Assembly: GCA_033442325.1 (NCBI GenBank)
Contig: JAWQFM010000007.1
Coordinates: 1,121,261-1,185,260, forward strand
DNA from: Salpingoeca rosetta
Taxonomy: Eukaryota; Protista; Choanoflagellata
Reading direction: 5' to 3'
Length of the DNA: 64,000 nucleotides
Under the pieces are notes generated by a model. It made no database searches and was not told the origin of the DNA. It saw nothing but the letters and a program-made list of their open reading frames with translations. Positions 30,131 through 43,163 of this stretch are shown here, piece after piece (within the stretch, counting starts at the first letter, position 1; every line of letters starts with the position of its first letter). The position numbers and the translations under genes are program-made.

Positions 30131-31209
30131 ATGTGGAGCGATGGTGGTGGTGGAGTGAGGGATGCTGCTGCTGAGCGGGCTGAGCTGGGGTATGGCGGGC
30201 TGCTGGAAGAGGTTGGCCCGAGTGAAGATGGAGAGGAGGGTGGGGAAGCGGAGACGGGGGCGATCATGCGAGCCAGACAGCAGCTGGTGCTGCGGCTGTT
30301 GCGGGCGTGTCCCATCCCGTTTCTGGGCTTGGCGAGTCTGCACATGGACTCGCAGCAGCTGCAGGCGGATGTGGCGCGCGTGCTGAGTTGCCCGGCTGTG
30401 AAAGAGCTGCCGCTACCTGCAGGATATGCAGTGCAGCTACTGAAAGTGGTGATGCGGAGCGTGGAGCGGAGCGGCGACGCGGTGGACGAGGACATGTACA
30501 GCTGCATGGGCGCTGCCATGTCCCGCGCAGCGGATGCGCCTGCCTTCCGCCACTACGTGATGATGGCACGGCCGCGCATCTCCCTCGTCTGCCAGGAGGC
30601 GACGGCGTTTGTGACACAGGGCACGACGGGCCTGCGGACGTGGCCGGCGGCCCTGCAGTTTGTTGGCTGGGCGCGGAGGCACAAGGCCGATGTCATGGCA
30701 CCCTGGTCAGGGCGACGCAGCCGCGGCAGCGATGCGGCGTGGTCCGGGGATGAAAATGCCCATGCTCGCGCTGATGGTGCGAACAGCTGTGGCGATGTTC
30801 AAGACAGCGCTGACAACGATGCTGAACACAAGGCGGATGGTAATGTGCAAGCAAAAGCACCTTTGGCAGGACCACCGGTGACGGTGCTTGAGCTCGGGTG
30901 CGGCACGGGCCTGCTGTCCATGGCGCTGGCCAAGCTGTGGCCGGGCACGCGTGTGATTGCGACAGACCGCAGTGCAGAGGCGCTTGCTCGCTGCGCGGCA
31001 AACTGTCGCTTCAACGGCATCAGGCTTGAGGGCGAGGACGATGGCGATATGGAACGGCAACAGCGAGAGGAAAAGGGGGTGATTGAACAGGAGGCACAGC
31101 AGGGGCTTGGGGAGGAGGCACATCACGAAGCAGAAGAGAGAGGCAGGGACAACGGAGGGACGGATGCAGAAGATTGGGGCATGAGTACTTTGAAGCATGG
31201 GCAGGAAGC

Positions 31210-31245
<36 letters not shown>

Positions 31246-31684
31246 GCAGCGATTATCGTGCGTGCGGGTGCAGCAGCTCGACTGGACACAGGTTTCTTCC
31301 AGCTCAGATGAGGAAAGAGGTGATGACGGTAGTGATGGTGATGATAGAGATGTTGTTGCTGGCGGTTGTGATGGCTTGCTGGCAGAGGCGGACGTGTTGG
31401 TTGGCGCAGACATTGTGTTTGACCCAAGTGTGGTACCGAGCCTTGTACGCGTGATTGCCAAGGCATTGCGTGGACAACGGCAAGCCACGCGCGTCAAGCG
31501 CGCTGCGTACATCTGTTCCACCATCCGCAACCCCGACACGTACGCCACGTTTCTGGCTGCCATACGAGAGGCGGGCTTGCAGTACACGCAGCTGTGCACA
31601 GACGCAGATGGCGATGCCAGCGATCTTGTGGATGACACCACCTGCCCCATCATCCTCTGCCGCATCCAGCCAGCTTCACAATGA
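30131..31684 (+). CDS. EEF2KMT: Protein-lysine N-methyltransferase EEF2KMT/FAM86A (Efm3), apparently intronless
   Basis: FAM86 N-domain (YAVQLLKVVMRSVE...DEDMY), GTTGLRTWPAA, motif I VLELGCGTGL, VIATD, LDW, GADIVFDP, TIRNPDT. Confidence 0.85.
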
Positions 31685-32185
31685 GCAGCTTCTGTGTGTG
31701 TGTGTGTGTGTGCGTGTGTTTGTGATGTGTGTGTGTGTGTTGCATGTGATGTGTGTGTGCGTTTGTGTGTTTGTGACACGTGTGTGTGTTGCATGTGATG
31801 TGTGTGTGTGTGTGTGTGTGCGTGTGACGCAAGTCTGTGAAATCACGTGTTGCTGCTGCTGTGTGAAATGACATGAAAATGTAATGGCACATCTTTGAAT
31901 ACAGTTCTGTAAGCCTGCTTGCGGTTGCAAGGGAGTTTAATTACACTAACAGCCCCAGCTTTCAGTAAGGCAACGCGAGCGAGGGGAGTGTGACTGCGAT
32001 CGAGCTAAAAAAGAGATAATGTAACATAACGAATGCAACAGAGTACGTACAAGTTGGAGTGCGTTAGGATGGGCCAGTGCTTACAACACTGACACATGGG
32101 GGATGGATGGGGAAATTGACTTTCAACCATCTCAAAATACCACCACGCGTCCAAAGCCAGTTGCACATGCGCACGCGGGCACTGG

Positions 32186-32851
32186 TTATATCTCCTTCTG
32201 CTTGCGTTTCAGTACTGCACGTGCCTCCATCTGTGTGGCACACAAGTCATGGGCGTGAACACAATACAGGCGTGTGTGTGCATATGTGAGTGAAAGACTG
32301 TGGGAAGGCTGGTTTAGTTGTTGTCTGGATTGTTGTTTAAGTTGTTTAAGTTGTTGTTTAAGTTGTTGTTTAAGTTGTTGTGGTCGTTTGTTGTTGCTGT
32401 CGTTTGTTACTGTTGTCGTTGTTGTAAATGAGCAGTCTTTGGCAGCATAGAGACGTGCTTACCCATCGCTTGCGGCAGGCATTGTATGCGTCAAACTGCT
32501 CCTGGCATTTGGTCTTGTCATAGTGGTTGTCGTCCAGGCACTTGAACGACGCCTGCTTCTCCTGTACAGGGAGGGACACAGACGATGGGAGTGCATGCAG
32601 GTGAGAGGCTGGGGGGGGGGGGACGAGGCAGCAGGGAGAGAAGGGAAGGCACATTGCAAAACAAGAGACAGAGAGAGACAGACAGAGAGAGACAGACAGA
32701 GAGAGAGAGAGACAGAGAGAGACAGAGAGAGAGACACAGACAGACAAACACACACAGACAGACACACACATACATGCACACACACACACATGCACACACA
32801 CTGAACCTGCTTGCAGGGGTGCTGGTCGCGCGCAAACGCCTCCACATCCAT
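32186..32851 (-). CDS. CHCHD7: Twin CX9C mitochondrial intermembrane-space protein CHCHD7/Cox23 (3 exons)
   Basis: [15 protein letters not shown]|[33 protein letters not shown]|[14 protein letters not shown]. Spacing is C-x9-C-x10-C-x9-C, with the CLDxNxYD signature. Confidence 0.85.
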
Positions 32852-33186
32852 CGCCGCAACAGCAAAACAGAACACCACTGCTTCGCGCACCTTAATGCAA
32901 TTTGCAACGAACCTCGAGCAGCGCACACCGCAGTATCCACCGAACCGCGACTCACAGCAATTTTTGTGCGAGTCGTAGCGAAGCGTGCGCATCAGAGGAC
33001 CGCCGCTTGCTTTTCCAATTTGCAAATTGCGCACCAGACACACCCACACACACACAAACAGCCACACACACAGCCACCACAAAAGACAGCACTTCCCACC
33101 CACCCACGACCGTCGTCACACACCAGCAGCGGCAGAACTTGCGGTGGTGGTGTGAGACCGACATCAGCCTCAACAACAACAACAGC

Positions 33187-33259
<73 letters not shown>

Positions 33260-33428
33260 CACACACGCACACACACGCACGCACACGTCGTTGCTCACCC
33301 GCACATCAGAAGATCAAGCCGTCGGGGCGTGTTGCACCACCCACAACAGCACGGGAAATCAACGGCCACCCGCCTAACGGAGGAGTTGCCACCAACCCGC
33401 CCACCCCACCATCACCATCACCATCACC

Positions 33429-33896
33429 ATGGTGTCCGCGCACCGAGCTGCGCGCATGCCGCTGCCCATGGCCGTGCTGGCACTTGCGATGCTGGTTGCC
33501 ACATGCGCCAGTTCCGCCAAGGCCGCAGAGTGCCAGCAGCCATGGACGCTGCTGGTGCGCCATGATGCCCGGGCGGGCGTGTTCCCAAAAGGCGAGTTGG
33601 ATGTAAACGCAAACGACGACAGCAGCCTCATTTACGCCAGCCTCACAGCGCTCGAATCGCAGCGCAGCTTTGACGGGAACTTCTACTTCAAGCTCGTCTG
33701 GAACGACCTCTGCGAATCGGGCTGCCTCAGCAACAAAACTGCCATCATCTGGTCGCAGACATCCAACCCCACCACCTCAAACAACGTCACAGGTGCGCAA
33801 AAGACCCTCGCAGTGCTTCTTTTCAGCCCTACCTGTGACTCGAGATGACGGGAATTGCGTTGCGCACCACAGTGTACGCATGTATGTGTATGTGTA

Positions 33897-33928
<32 letters not shown>

Positions 33929-36672
33929 CATGTGTATGTGTATGTGTATGTGTGAGTGAGTGAGTTGAAGTTGTGAAGACAAATCCGCAAGAACAGCCGC
34001 ATGCGTTCTCGCCTCCTGTCCTCACACATCACTTGCATTTTTTCTTCTGCACCACCCACATGTTCTCTGGAACAAACACCCCCACCTCCACCCCCTGCCC
34101 CCTGTCCCTATCTTGCTTTCCCCATGCTTTTTTCTCCCCTCTCCTCTTGCGTGCGCGCATGTGTGCAATTCGCTCGCATGGCAGGGTACATGCCCTTTGA
34201 TGTGGCGCCGTATGTGAGTTTTGAGGGCATGAAGCTTGGCAGCTATGCTCTCTTTGACGGGCAGTCAGGCTTCAGCTTCTGGTACAGCGTGGGCATGTTC
34301 GAGCTCTTCAACGAGGAGATTCCAGGGCCCATCCCTCCCGGCCATTTACAAGGCATGACCACGCCCCGCGTGGAGCTGTACGTGAAGCGGCTTGACAGCG
34401 GCAGCATCGCCGTCGATGGCCCTTGCCCAGAATTTGCCACGTGCACAGATATTGGCGAGGGCAACCACACCTGCGCGTGCCCGTCTGGCTTTGAGGACAC
34501 GCTGCCCTCCGCCTGCGTCGACATCAACGAGTGCGAGACCACAACCAAGTGCCACGCCGACGCCACGTGCGTCAACACGCCCGGCAGCTTCGCGTGCGTG
34601 TGCAACGACGGCTTTTACGGCGACGGCACCACCTGTGAGCCAAACGAGTGCCTTGAGCAAGGCATCTGCCACGAGCACGCGACCTGCAGCAAGACCACCG
34701 GCGACTACACCTGCACGTGCAACGATGGCTTTGTCGGCAATGGCACGTACTGCGCGGACGAGAACGAGTGCCACAGCGACCCTTGTCTTGCCGACGCCGT
34801 GTGTGTCAACACGTATGGCAGCTTCCACTGCGTTTGCCGCAACGGCCTTGATGGTGATGGCATCACCACTTGCCAAGGTGTTTACATCATTGCCGTGTTT
34901 GTGTTGATATCTGGCACATTTATATCTTGCGTGCGCGCGTCTTCGCGTGTATATCGAGTGCATGTTTTGTTTCTGTGGTCCTTTGGTGTCTTGTAACATG
35001 CACTCTCAGCCACACGCACACACACATACACACACACACACACGATGCTGTCTATTTCCTCACGCATGCACAACCCACACCGGCGCGGTCCTGTTCTTGT
35101 GCAGACGACCTGGTTGTGTGGCTGGAGGGCTCGGACTATGTGCACGGTGCGGATATGTGGCTGGATCGCTCTGGCGACAACAATCACGCCTTCATTAACG
35201 CCTCCGCCGTCATGTTCGATGCGTCCCGCGGCCACTTTATCTTCAACGGAACAATGGAGGGTGTGTGTGTGTTCGTGTGCGTGTGCGTGTGCGTGTGCGT
35301 GTGCGTGTGCGTGTGCGTGTGCGTGTGCGTGTGCGTGTGCGTGTGCGTGTGCGTGCTTGTATCTGCGGCAACAGCACGGCACACTCGTCAGCTCAACAAT
35401 CGTCCCCTGTGCTTCTTCACTTGCCCACATCTCTTCACCCCTCCCTCCCCCTCGCTGTCCAGAACTGATCACGGTTGACCTGGACATTGGGCCCAACACC
35501 TTCCCCTCACTCACCATCGAGGTGCTCTTCCTCCCCATCACCGCCGTTGGCGATGGTGCTGTCATTGACGCAGACAACGGTGCGTGGCGCAGTTCTATTC
35601 ATGCGTAGCTGTGTTTGTATGTGTGTGTGCGCGTGTGTGTGTGCATGTGCGTGGGCGTGTATTTGTGTTTGAAAGTGAGAATTGCACCTGCATGCCGATC
35701 TGTCAGGATGACCAGCAACACACAACAGGCACCAAGTGACCAGTGTTTCCTCACGGTTTCACACCACCACCACCACCACCACCACCACCACCACCACCAC
35801 CACCACCACCACCGCTATCATTTTCGCCAGGTGGGTATGACCGCCACTTGGACTTCAACGACTACGAGCTGTACGGGCCGGGCATTGCGTCGGGCACGGG
35901 CAGCCCATACGAGGCAGGCAGTACCGCCATTTTCCACCGCTGCTGGCAACACGCCTTTGCCGGTCCGTGTGTATGTGTGCATGTGGGGGAGGGGGGAAAG
36001 GTTGTTGTCGTTGTTTTTGTCGTTGTTGTCGTTGTTGTCGTTGTTTTGTCTTTGTCGTTGTCGTTGTCGTTGCTGTTGCCGGCTGTTGTTAAAGCTGTAG
36101 CTGTTGTTGATGTGCACCACCATCACCACTGTGATTCCTGCTGCTGCTGCTGCTGCTGTTGTTGCCACGACCCACTTGCGCAGCATTCTCAGCCAACACT
36201 CACCCAACAACAACACTCACCCAACAACAACAACAACAACACGCGTGCACTTCCTCTCTCGTCTGTGCGGCGGTGTGCAGTGTTTGAGCAGAGCGGGCGC
36301 CGGGCGTCGTTCACGGTGCGCAACGGGCACGTTGGTCGGCCTACCACGGCCTTGAACACGGAAGGGTACACCAACTTCACCATTGGTGGCAGCAGGTGGG
36401 ATGGTGGCGCCCTCAACGGGTACGTGCGGCGCGTCAAGGTGTACAACCGCGCGCTGACAGAGGAGGAGATCCAGATCAAGTACGACGAGACAAAGCCAGA
36501 CCTCTTTTGCGAATGTCTTCCAGGATACCGCGGCGTGGAGGAAACAGGCTGCATCGGTACGGTTCTCACGGGCTACTGTGTGGTGTGCGTATATGCGTGT
36601 ATTGGCTTGTGTGTGTGTGTGTGTTCGTGTACAATTGTGCATGTGCGCGTGTTTCTGGACAATCTTGTGCGT

Positions 36673-36744
<72 letters not shown>

Positions 36745-39628
36745 GCTGCTTCAAGCCCAATCCGCTCCCCCGAACAAGCTCACCACCACCACCACCACCA
36801 CCACCACACGCTCCCCACTCCTCCAGACATTGACGAGTGCGTTGAGCAGACGGACACGTGCAACCCGCTGCGCGGCGTGTGCACAAACGTGCCGGGCTCC
36901 TACAACTGCACCTGCGCTGAGGGCTTCTTTGGCGATGGCCGCACATGCGATCCGCCAGCACCGTGCGTCGTCAGCGACTGGGAGGTCACCGAGGAGTGCA
37001 GCGCCTTCTGCGGTATTGGCACGCGCACAGAGACGCGCGACATTCTTCGCATGCCCGTGGATGGCGGTGCCAGCTGCCCGTCCCAGCTCACGCGCCAGAC
37101 ACCATGCATTGTTGCGTCATGCCCATCCTCCACCAGCATCGACTTTGTCATCACCACCAGCACGGACACGTACAACGCCAGCAGTGGCACGCCGTTCCCT
37201 GCACTGGACACGGCCCTGGGCAACCTGGGAAGCGGCACCACATCTGCCATCACGGGCGTTGTTGTGGACGAGGCAACAGGCACCGTGCTGGTGCAGGTTG
37301 CCGTGGACACCCCAGACAGCAGCGCTGCCTCCGTTCGCTCCGCCCTCAACGGCCTTGCGTCTGCGGACGTGGCTGTGGACTCGCAGGACATTGGCGCCTG
37401 CTACTGCTCTGCGCGGGAGGAGGACGGCGTGACGTGGCTCGGCGCCGCGTGCGGGCAGCTCAGCCCAACCGTGCACACGTGCGCAGGGTCCACAACAACG
37501 TTCATCACGCGCAACTGCACGGGGCGCATCGCTGACGGCGGCTGGGACCACCCGGACACGACGCAGTGCGTGAACGAGGACCTGGCGGCGCTGGCGGACT
37601 CGCTTGCCACCACGCCCATCTCGGACGTGCTTGCACAGGCCCTACTGCACACAGGCAGCCCGCAGCTGTTTGGCGTGCAGGACGTGGCCAACCTGGAACG
37701 CATCCTCAACGCAACCATCTACATGCAGGCCAACAACATCACCGACCTCGCTGTTGACGACGTGTTTGCGTTTGTGCGCCTCCTCTCGCGCACCATTGGA
37801 GCGCCGGAGGATGTTGTCACCGCGGGCCTGTCGACGTTCGGAGCGCTGACGGGCACGTCACTCATCCCGGACGCTGAGGAGATGTTGCTCTACTTTGCAG
37901 AGCACGTGCTGCCGCTGGACGAGTCCATCTCTGCCGTCGAGGCAAACGTTGCTGTCGACCTGTACCACACGTCGTTCAACCCCACGGCGCAGGTGTCTTG
38001 GCCGCCGCAGGATTCGCGGGCAAGCATCACGCGCCGCTGCTACGGCCCGGAGCCCGAGCACTACTGCTATGTGAACGAGTACGGCAGCGACGCAGCCGCG
38101 TTTGATGCCGACCTGTCCATCACCGTGCCAGAGACGCTGCTCAACCTCAGCATGACCGCGCCGCTCGCCTCGTCGCCATCGTCGTCGTCATTGTCATTGT
38201 CATCAAACGCGTCATCAAATGCGACAGCAAGCGGCGGCACGGGCGAGGACGCCACCCGGCCTCTGCTGGCCATTGTGGGCGCATACGCCACCAAGTTTCT
38301 GTTCCCCAGCATCTCGCTGCGCAACACCATGTCGCAGCTTGTGTACGCGACGCTGCCCACACTCCCGGACGACTACAACATCTCCTCTGATCCGCTCCGC
38401 TTCACCGCCACGCCGCAGTTCTACAACGGCACCGACACGGGCTGCGCCATCTGGACACCGGGCTCCTGGGACCCGACCGTGTGCACGCTGGTGAACCCGG
38501 ACGCGACCACGGGCGCGTATGCGTGCGAGTGCGAGCACCTCACCACGTTTGGGCTGATTGAGCTGCGGGAGCCACAGCCGTCGTTTGTGCAGCCCGTGTA
38601 CGAGGACTACGTGCGCGGCTGCGCGTCGCTCGCCTGCTTGTTCCTGGTCATCACCTTTGTTGTGCACTTTGTGCAGCCGAGCAAGTGGTCTCCCTCACGC
38701 ATGGTGGTCATGCACCAGTGCGCGCTGCTGGTTGCAGCCCTCATCATCTTCATGGTTGGCTTCTACGACATCCGCAACCCCAACTGTCGGGAGATTGCCG
38801 TTGCGCAGCACGCCATCGCCGTTGCCTTCTTCGCCTGGATCCTGGCTGGCGCCGTGCTCTCGGTCTTCCGCAAGGCGCGCGCGTGGCAGCTGCTCATCAT
38901 CGGCTACGTCTTCCCCGCCATTGTTGTGGTGGTCACCGCTGTGCTTCGCTACGACGACTACGGCCGCAAGCGCTACCGCACCGACCCGGACAAGCACTGC
39001 TTCATTGACACGGACATTGACCTCATCTGGGCCATGTACGGCCCCGCTGCCGGGTTTGCCGGCGTCGCCGTGCTCATCTACCTGGGCATCATGTGCTTCT
39101 CCGTGTGCTTCTGGCCAAAGGACCGCCTCAAGATGGTGGTCGGCGTGACCAGCGTCACGGGCACGCTCAAGCGTCGCCGCAAGCAGGCCAGCATCAGCAA
39201 CGGCGCTGGCGAAGAAATCGAGCTTGACGCGCTCAGCACGGGCACAGACACCATGAGCAAGAACGCCACGTCCACGTCTGCCCTGCAGGAACAGGAGAAG
39301 CCGGAGCACAGGGACATTGAGCCCGTCAGCCGCGGCCACGCGCTGTGGATGTCGTTTGCCAGCTTCCTGCTTGCTGGTGTTGGTGGCGGGATTCCGCTTG
39401 CCGAGCTGTTCCTGATCAACGGCGTGTACACCGACCTCTGGCGCCCGCTCTTTGCTGGCGGCGTCATCTTCTACGTGAGTGCATGTGCTTTTGAGGGGAG
39501 ATTGGGGTGGGGTAGTGGTGTGTGCATGTGCATGGAATGTCCGTGTGCGCGCGTGGGTGTATGGATGTGTACATGGGCATGTGGCACCGCCCCAGGGGGG
39601 GGGGGGCGTTGTGTTGATTGTGCTGCAA

Positions 39629-39694
<66 letters not shown>

Positions 39695-41501
39695 GTGTGT
39701 GTGTGTCGGTTGTCACTCGAGTCTCGTGTCATTCACAAACACGAGGACACACCCAAACGCAAACGCATACGCACACATGCGAACACATCCCACGCACATT
39801 CCCACCACACGCACACTTAGTCGCACACCAATGCACCCGCTTCACGCTCTCACTCACACACGCGCACACACACACACACACTCTCTCTCTGGCTCGCATG
39901 CTTACACGTGTACTTTACCCATTGTGTAGGGTGCGTTGATGCTGCTGGTGTTTGGGCTGCCGGATCTGCTGGCGTGCCTGTGCGGTCGCCGCCGCTCCTC
40001 TGTGACGGCGGACGAGGAGGTCATTGCCGGCGACGCAAACAAGCGCGTTGCAGAGTGGGATGAGTTTGGAAGGCAGAGCAGCGCGCGTCGTCGCTCGCGC
40101 CGCCGCAACGAGGCCACGCTGCGCTACCTGCGCACGCTCCCACCTGCAGAGCCAAAGCGCAAGCCACTGCCACAGGTGCAGGAGGAGCAGCAGCAGCAGC
40201 AGGAGAAGGACGCCATGTCTGCCGTGTCTGTGCCGTCCACAGCAACGGGCGCTGCTGCAAGCGGCATGGTGGATCTCTCCGTCACGCAGTTTGACACGGC
40301 GTCGCTCAATCTTGAGGGAGACATGGACGCGCCACTGCAGCCGGGCGTGCCAGACCCGTTTGTTGTCGACCGCGATGTGTTTGATGTGCTTGAGGCGGAC
40401 ATGGTGAAGCTTCGTGAGGAGCTTGCTGACCTTGCCGATGAGAGTGAGCTGGAGGAGTTTGATGCCATTCTGCAGGACATGGACACGGCGCACCAGGAGA
40501 GCCTGCAGCGGCAGCTGTACAACCGACGCAAGTCGATGCGCCGTCGCGCGTCGTCCAGCAGCCAGATGGGCATGCTCTCGACTGCATCCGTGCGCGGGTC
40601 TGAGGCAGACTTTATGATGTCTGACAACGACTCCATCAGCACGGCCGGCGTCATCCCCCGCAACTCCTCAACGCGTCGCAGCTCAGACTCGTCCCTGGAG
40701 ATGGACTTTGCCTTTGAGCGGCAGTCGTCCTCCGTGCGCTCGGAGCAGCGCCGCCCAAGCGCAGAATACCTGCAGACGGACGGGCTGAGCAGGGGAACAT
40801 CCATCCGCAGCGTGCGCTCCTCTGGGAGTCAGATGGTCACGGGAGCAATGAGCGACGCGTCACAGCCGTCTGTGCACTCGTCACAGCGCGGCGCATTGGC
40901 GGCCATTGTGGAGGCTGGCCAGGAGCGGGACGACCTTGGCGACGGCGATGGCGATGCGGCAAACAACACCAATGGCGACGCCAACAACGGGAACACCGGT
41001 GGCGACGCGAGGGGGCGCGACAGCACGATGACGACGACGGCAGCGCGTGAGGCAATGATGGCTGAACGGCTGAAGGACTTTGCCGACGAGTCTGAGGGGG
41101 AGGGCGGACACAACATGAGCGAGGCCGAGGATGGCGACAATGACGATGACGAAGAGCAGGAGGAGGAGCAGGTGCTCGTGGGCGCTGATGATGACGGTGA
41201 TGGTGACGTTGGCGCTGTTGGCGCATCGCTGGAGGATAGCTACGACAACAGCGACTTTGTGGGCACGGGTGCCGCAGACGATGTGTACGCGGACCCAAAC
41301 GCCCCCGACGAGAGCGCTGGGGAGAAGCGCGTGTCGCTCACGCCTGACGAGGAGTTTTCGGAGATGGCGGGCCTGTTGGCGACGCTGCAGGACAAGGTGG
41401 ACCGGCCCTCGCTGCCCTCTGTGCAGGAGAACGCTGAAGAGGAGGAGGACGATGATGATGAAGGCGGTGATGGTGATGGCCCAACGGTGTCGTACTTCTA
41501 A
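33429..41501 (+). CDS. Adhesion GPCR: signal peptide, unassigned N-terminal domain, EGF/EGF-Ca repeats, LamG/pentraxin-like, EGF, TSP1, HRM-like, GAIN/GPS, 7TM, long acidic tail
   Basis: Signal MAVLALAMLVATCASSAKA. EGF-Ca DINEC...CVNTPGSFACVC. LamG GYVRRVKVYNRALTEEEI. TSP1 CVVSDW...CSAFCGIGTRTETR. GPS CAIW...W...C...CECEHL/TTFGLI. TM3 CREIAVAQHAIAVAFFAWIL, TM4 IGYVFPAIVV, TM5 IWAMYGPA. Ends PTVSYF*. Confidence 0.9.
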
Positions 41502-42346
41502 GCGAGCAGTGGTGTCATCTCGAATCAGAACCAAGTCCATGTATGTGTATGTGTGTGCACGTACGTGCATTTGTTGTGGAAAAGAGTGTGAAGCTTCATG
41601 GGAGTTTGTTGATGCATTCCGTTCATCAGGGTGCGTGGTGGTGTTAGTGGTGATGCGCGTCTCTTTTCGTCTCTGGCGTTTGGTTTTGGAGTTGACGATG
41701 ACGTGTATTTTGACAGCGGCAGGGCGTGAACTCCAATCGCGCCGAGTGCTTGCGATGACGAGACACGATCGATTGCTTGTGAACATGGCGTGTAATTGGT
41801 GCGTGCCTCTCCACATGCCTATTGTGCATGCCTGCAGACGCGCGTGGCATTGCCGTGCTGCGATTGTGTGGTCTTTGGTTATGGTGGTTGTGTCGGCACA
41901 CGTGTTGCGGCTGCTCCCGTGAGCTGGGTTCTCTGCGGGGAGGACACGCAAGCATACTCGTCGATTATGGCGCATGTGCGTGTGCATGTGCATGTGCGAA
42001 CTTTCGTCTCATGAATTTGGTGGCACGACCTATGTTAGTTTCAACAAGCAATGTGTGTGCTTGGTTTCCTCTTCTTGTGTGTTTTGGTTGTAGTGTTTAA
42101 ACTTTGCCATAACCAAGCAAGAGCCACACAACAGCGGTGAGGAAGAGAGAGAGAGGGGGGGGGGAGAAGGAACACAAGGAGTTGGCAGAGGAAGGAATCG
42201 TAATCATGCTGACACGCACACAGTGACACGAAACCACGGAAACACAACCACGGAAACAGGATCACACGAACGTGGAAACAGGAGTAGACACACGCACAGA
42301 CACACAGACACAATCGCATACACACAGACACACACAGACACACACA

Positions 42347-42387
<41 letters not shown>

Positions 42388-42401
42388 GTGCAAAGGACAT
42401 C

Positions 42402-43102
42402 CTAACTGAGAGTGTGTGAGAAGAACGAGTCGACCAAGCTTCGCACGCCGCGGCCGCTGTTAGAGGAGGGCGTTGGCGAAGCATCGTCGTCGCTTGTGCT
42501 GGACCCAGACCCGCCATGGCCACTCAGTTTCCCCTTGAGGATGAGGGCGAACAACATGGCCACAACAATCAGCACGAGCAGGATGATGACATATTTCTTT
42601 GCTGCGCTCTTCTGGTACTTTTGACCCTGTGTGGCACGTTCGTTTGAGGTGCACGTGGGTGAGTGAGTGAGTGAGTGAGTGAGTGGGTGAGTGGGTGAGT
42701 GAGTGAGTGAGTGGGTGAGTGGGTGAGTGAGTGAGTGAGTGAGTGAGTGAGTGAGTGAGTGAGTGAGTGAGTGAGTGAGTGAGTGAGTGAAAGAGTGAGT
42801 GAGTGAGTGAGTGAGTGAGTGAGTGAGTGAGTGAGTGAGTGAGTGAGTGAGTGAGTGAGTGAGTGAGTGAGTGAGTGAGTGAGTGAGTGAGTGAGTGAGT
42901 GAGTGGGAGCTTCAACGAGCATTGCTGTGTGAGTGTGCGCCATTGCCCACAGAATCCAGTGTCGCACCTGCTCCAGCTCCCTCCGTCCGCTCTCCACCCG
43001 TCGTTCTGTTAGTTCGAGGTTGTAGTCGATGCGGTCCAGGATCGTGCCCTGTGCACCAACGAAGCAGCGACGCGTGCCAACATGAGTGACAGAATGTACA
43101 TG

Positions 43103-43163
<61 letters not shown>

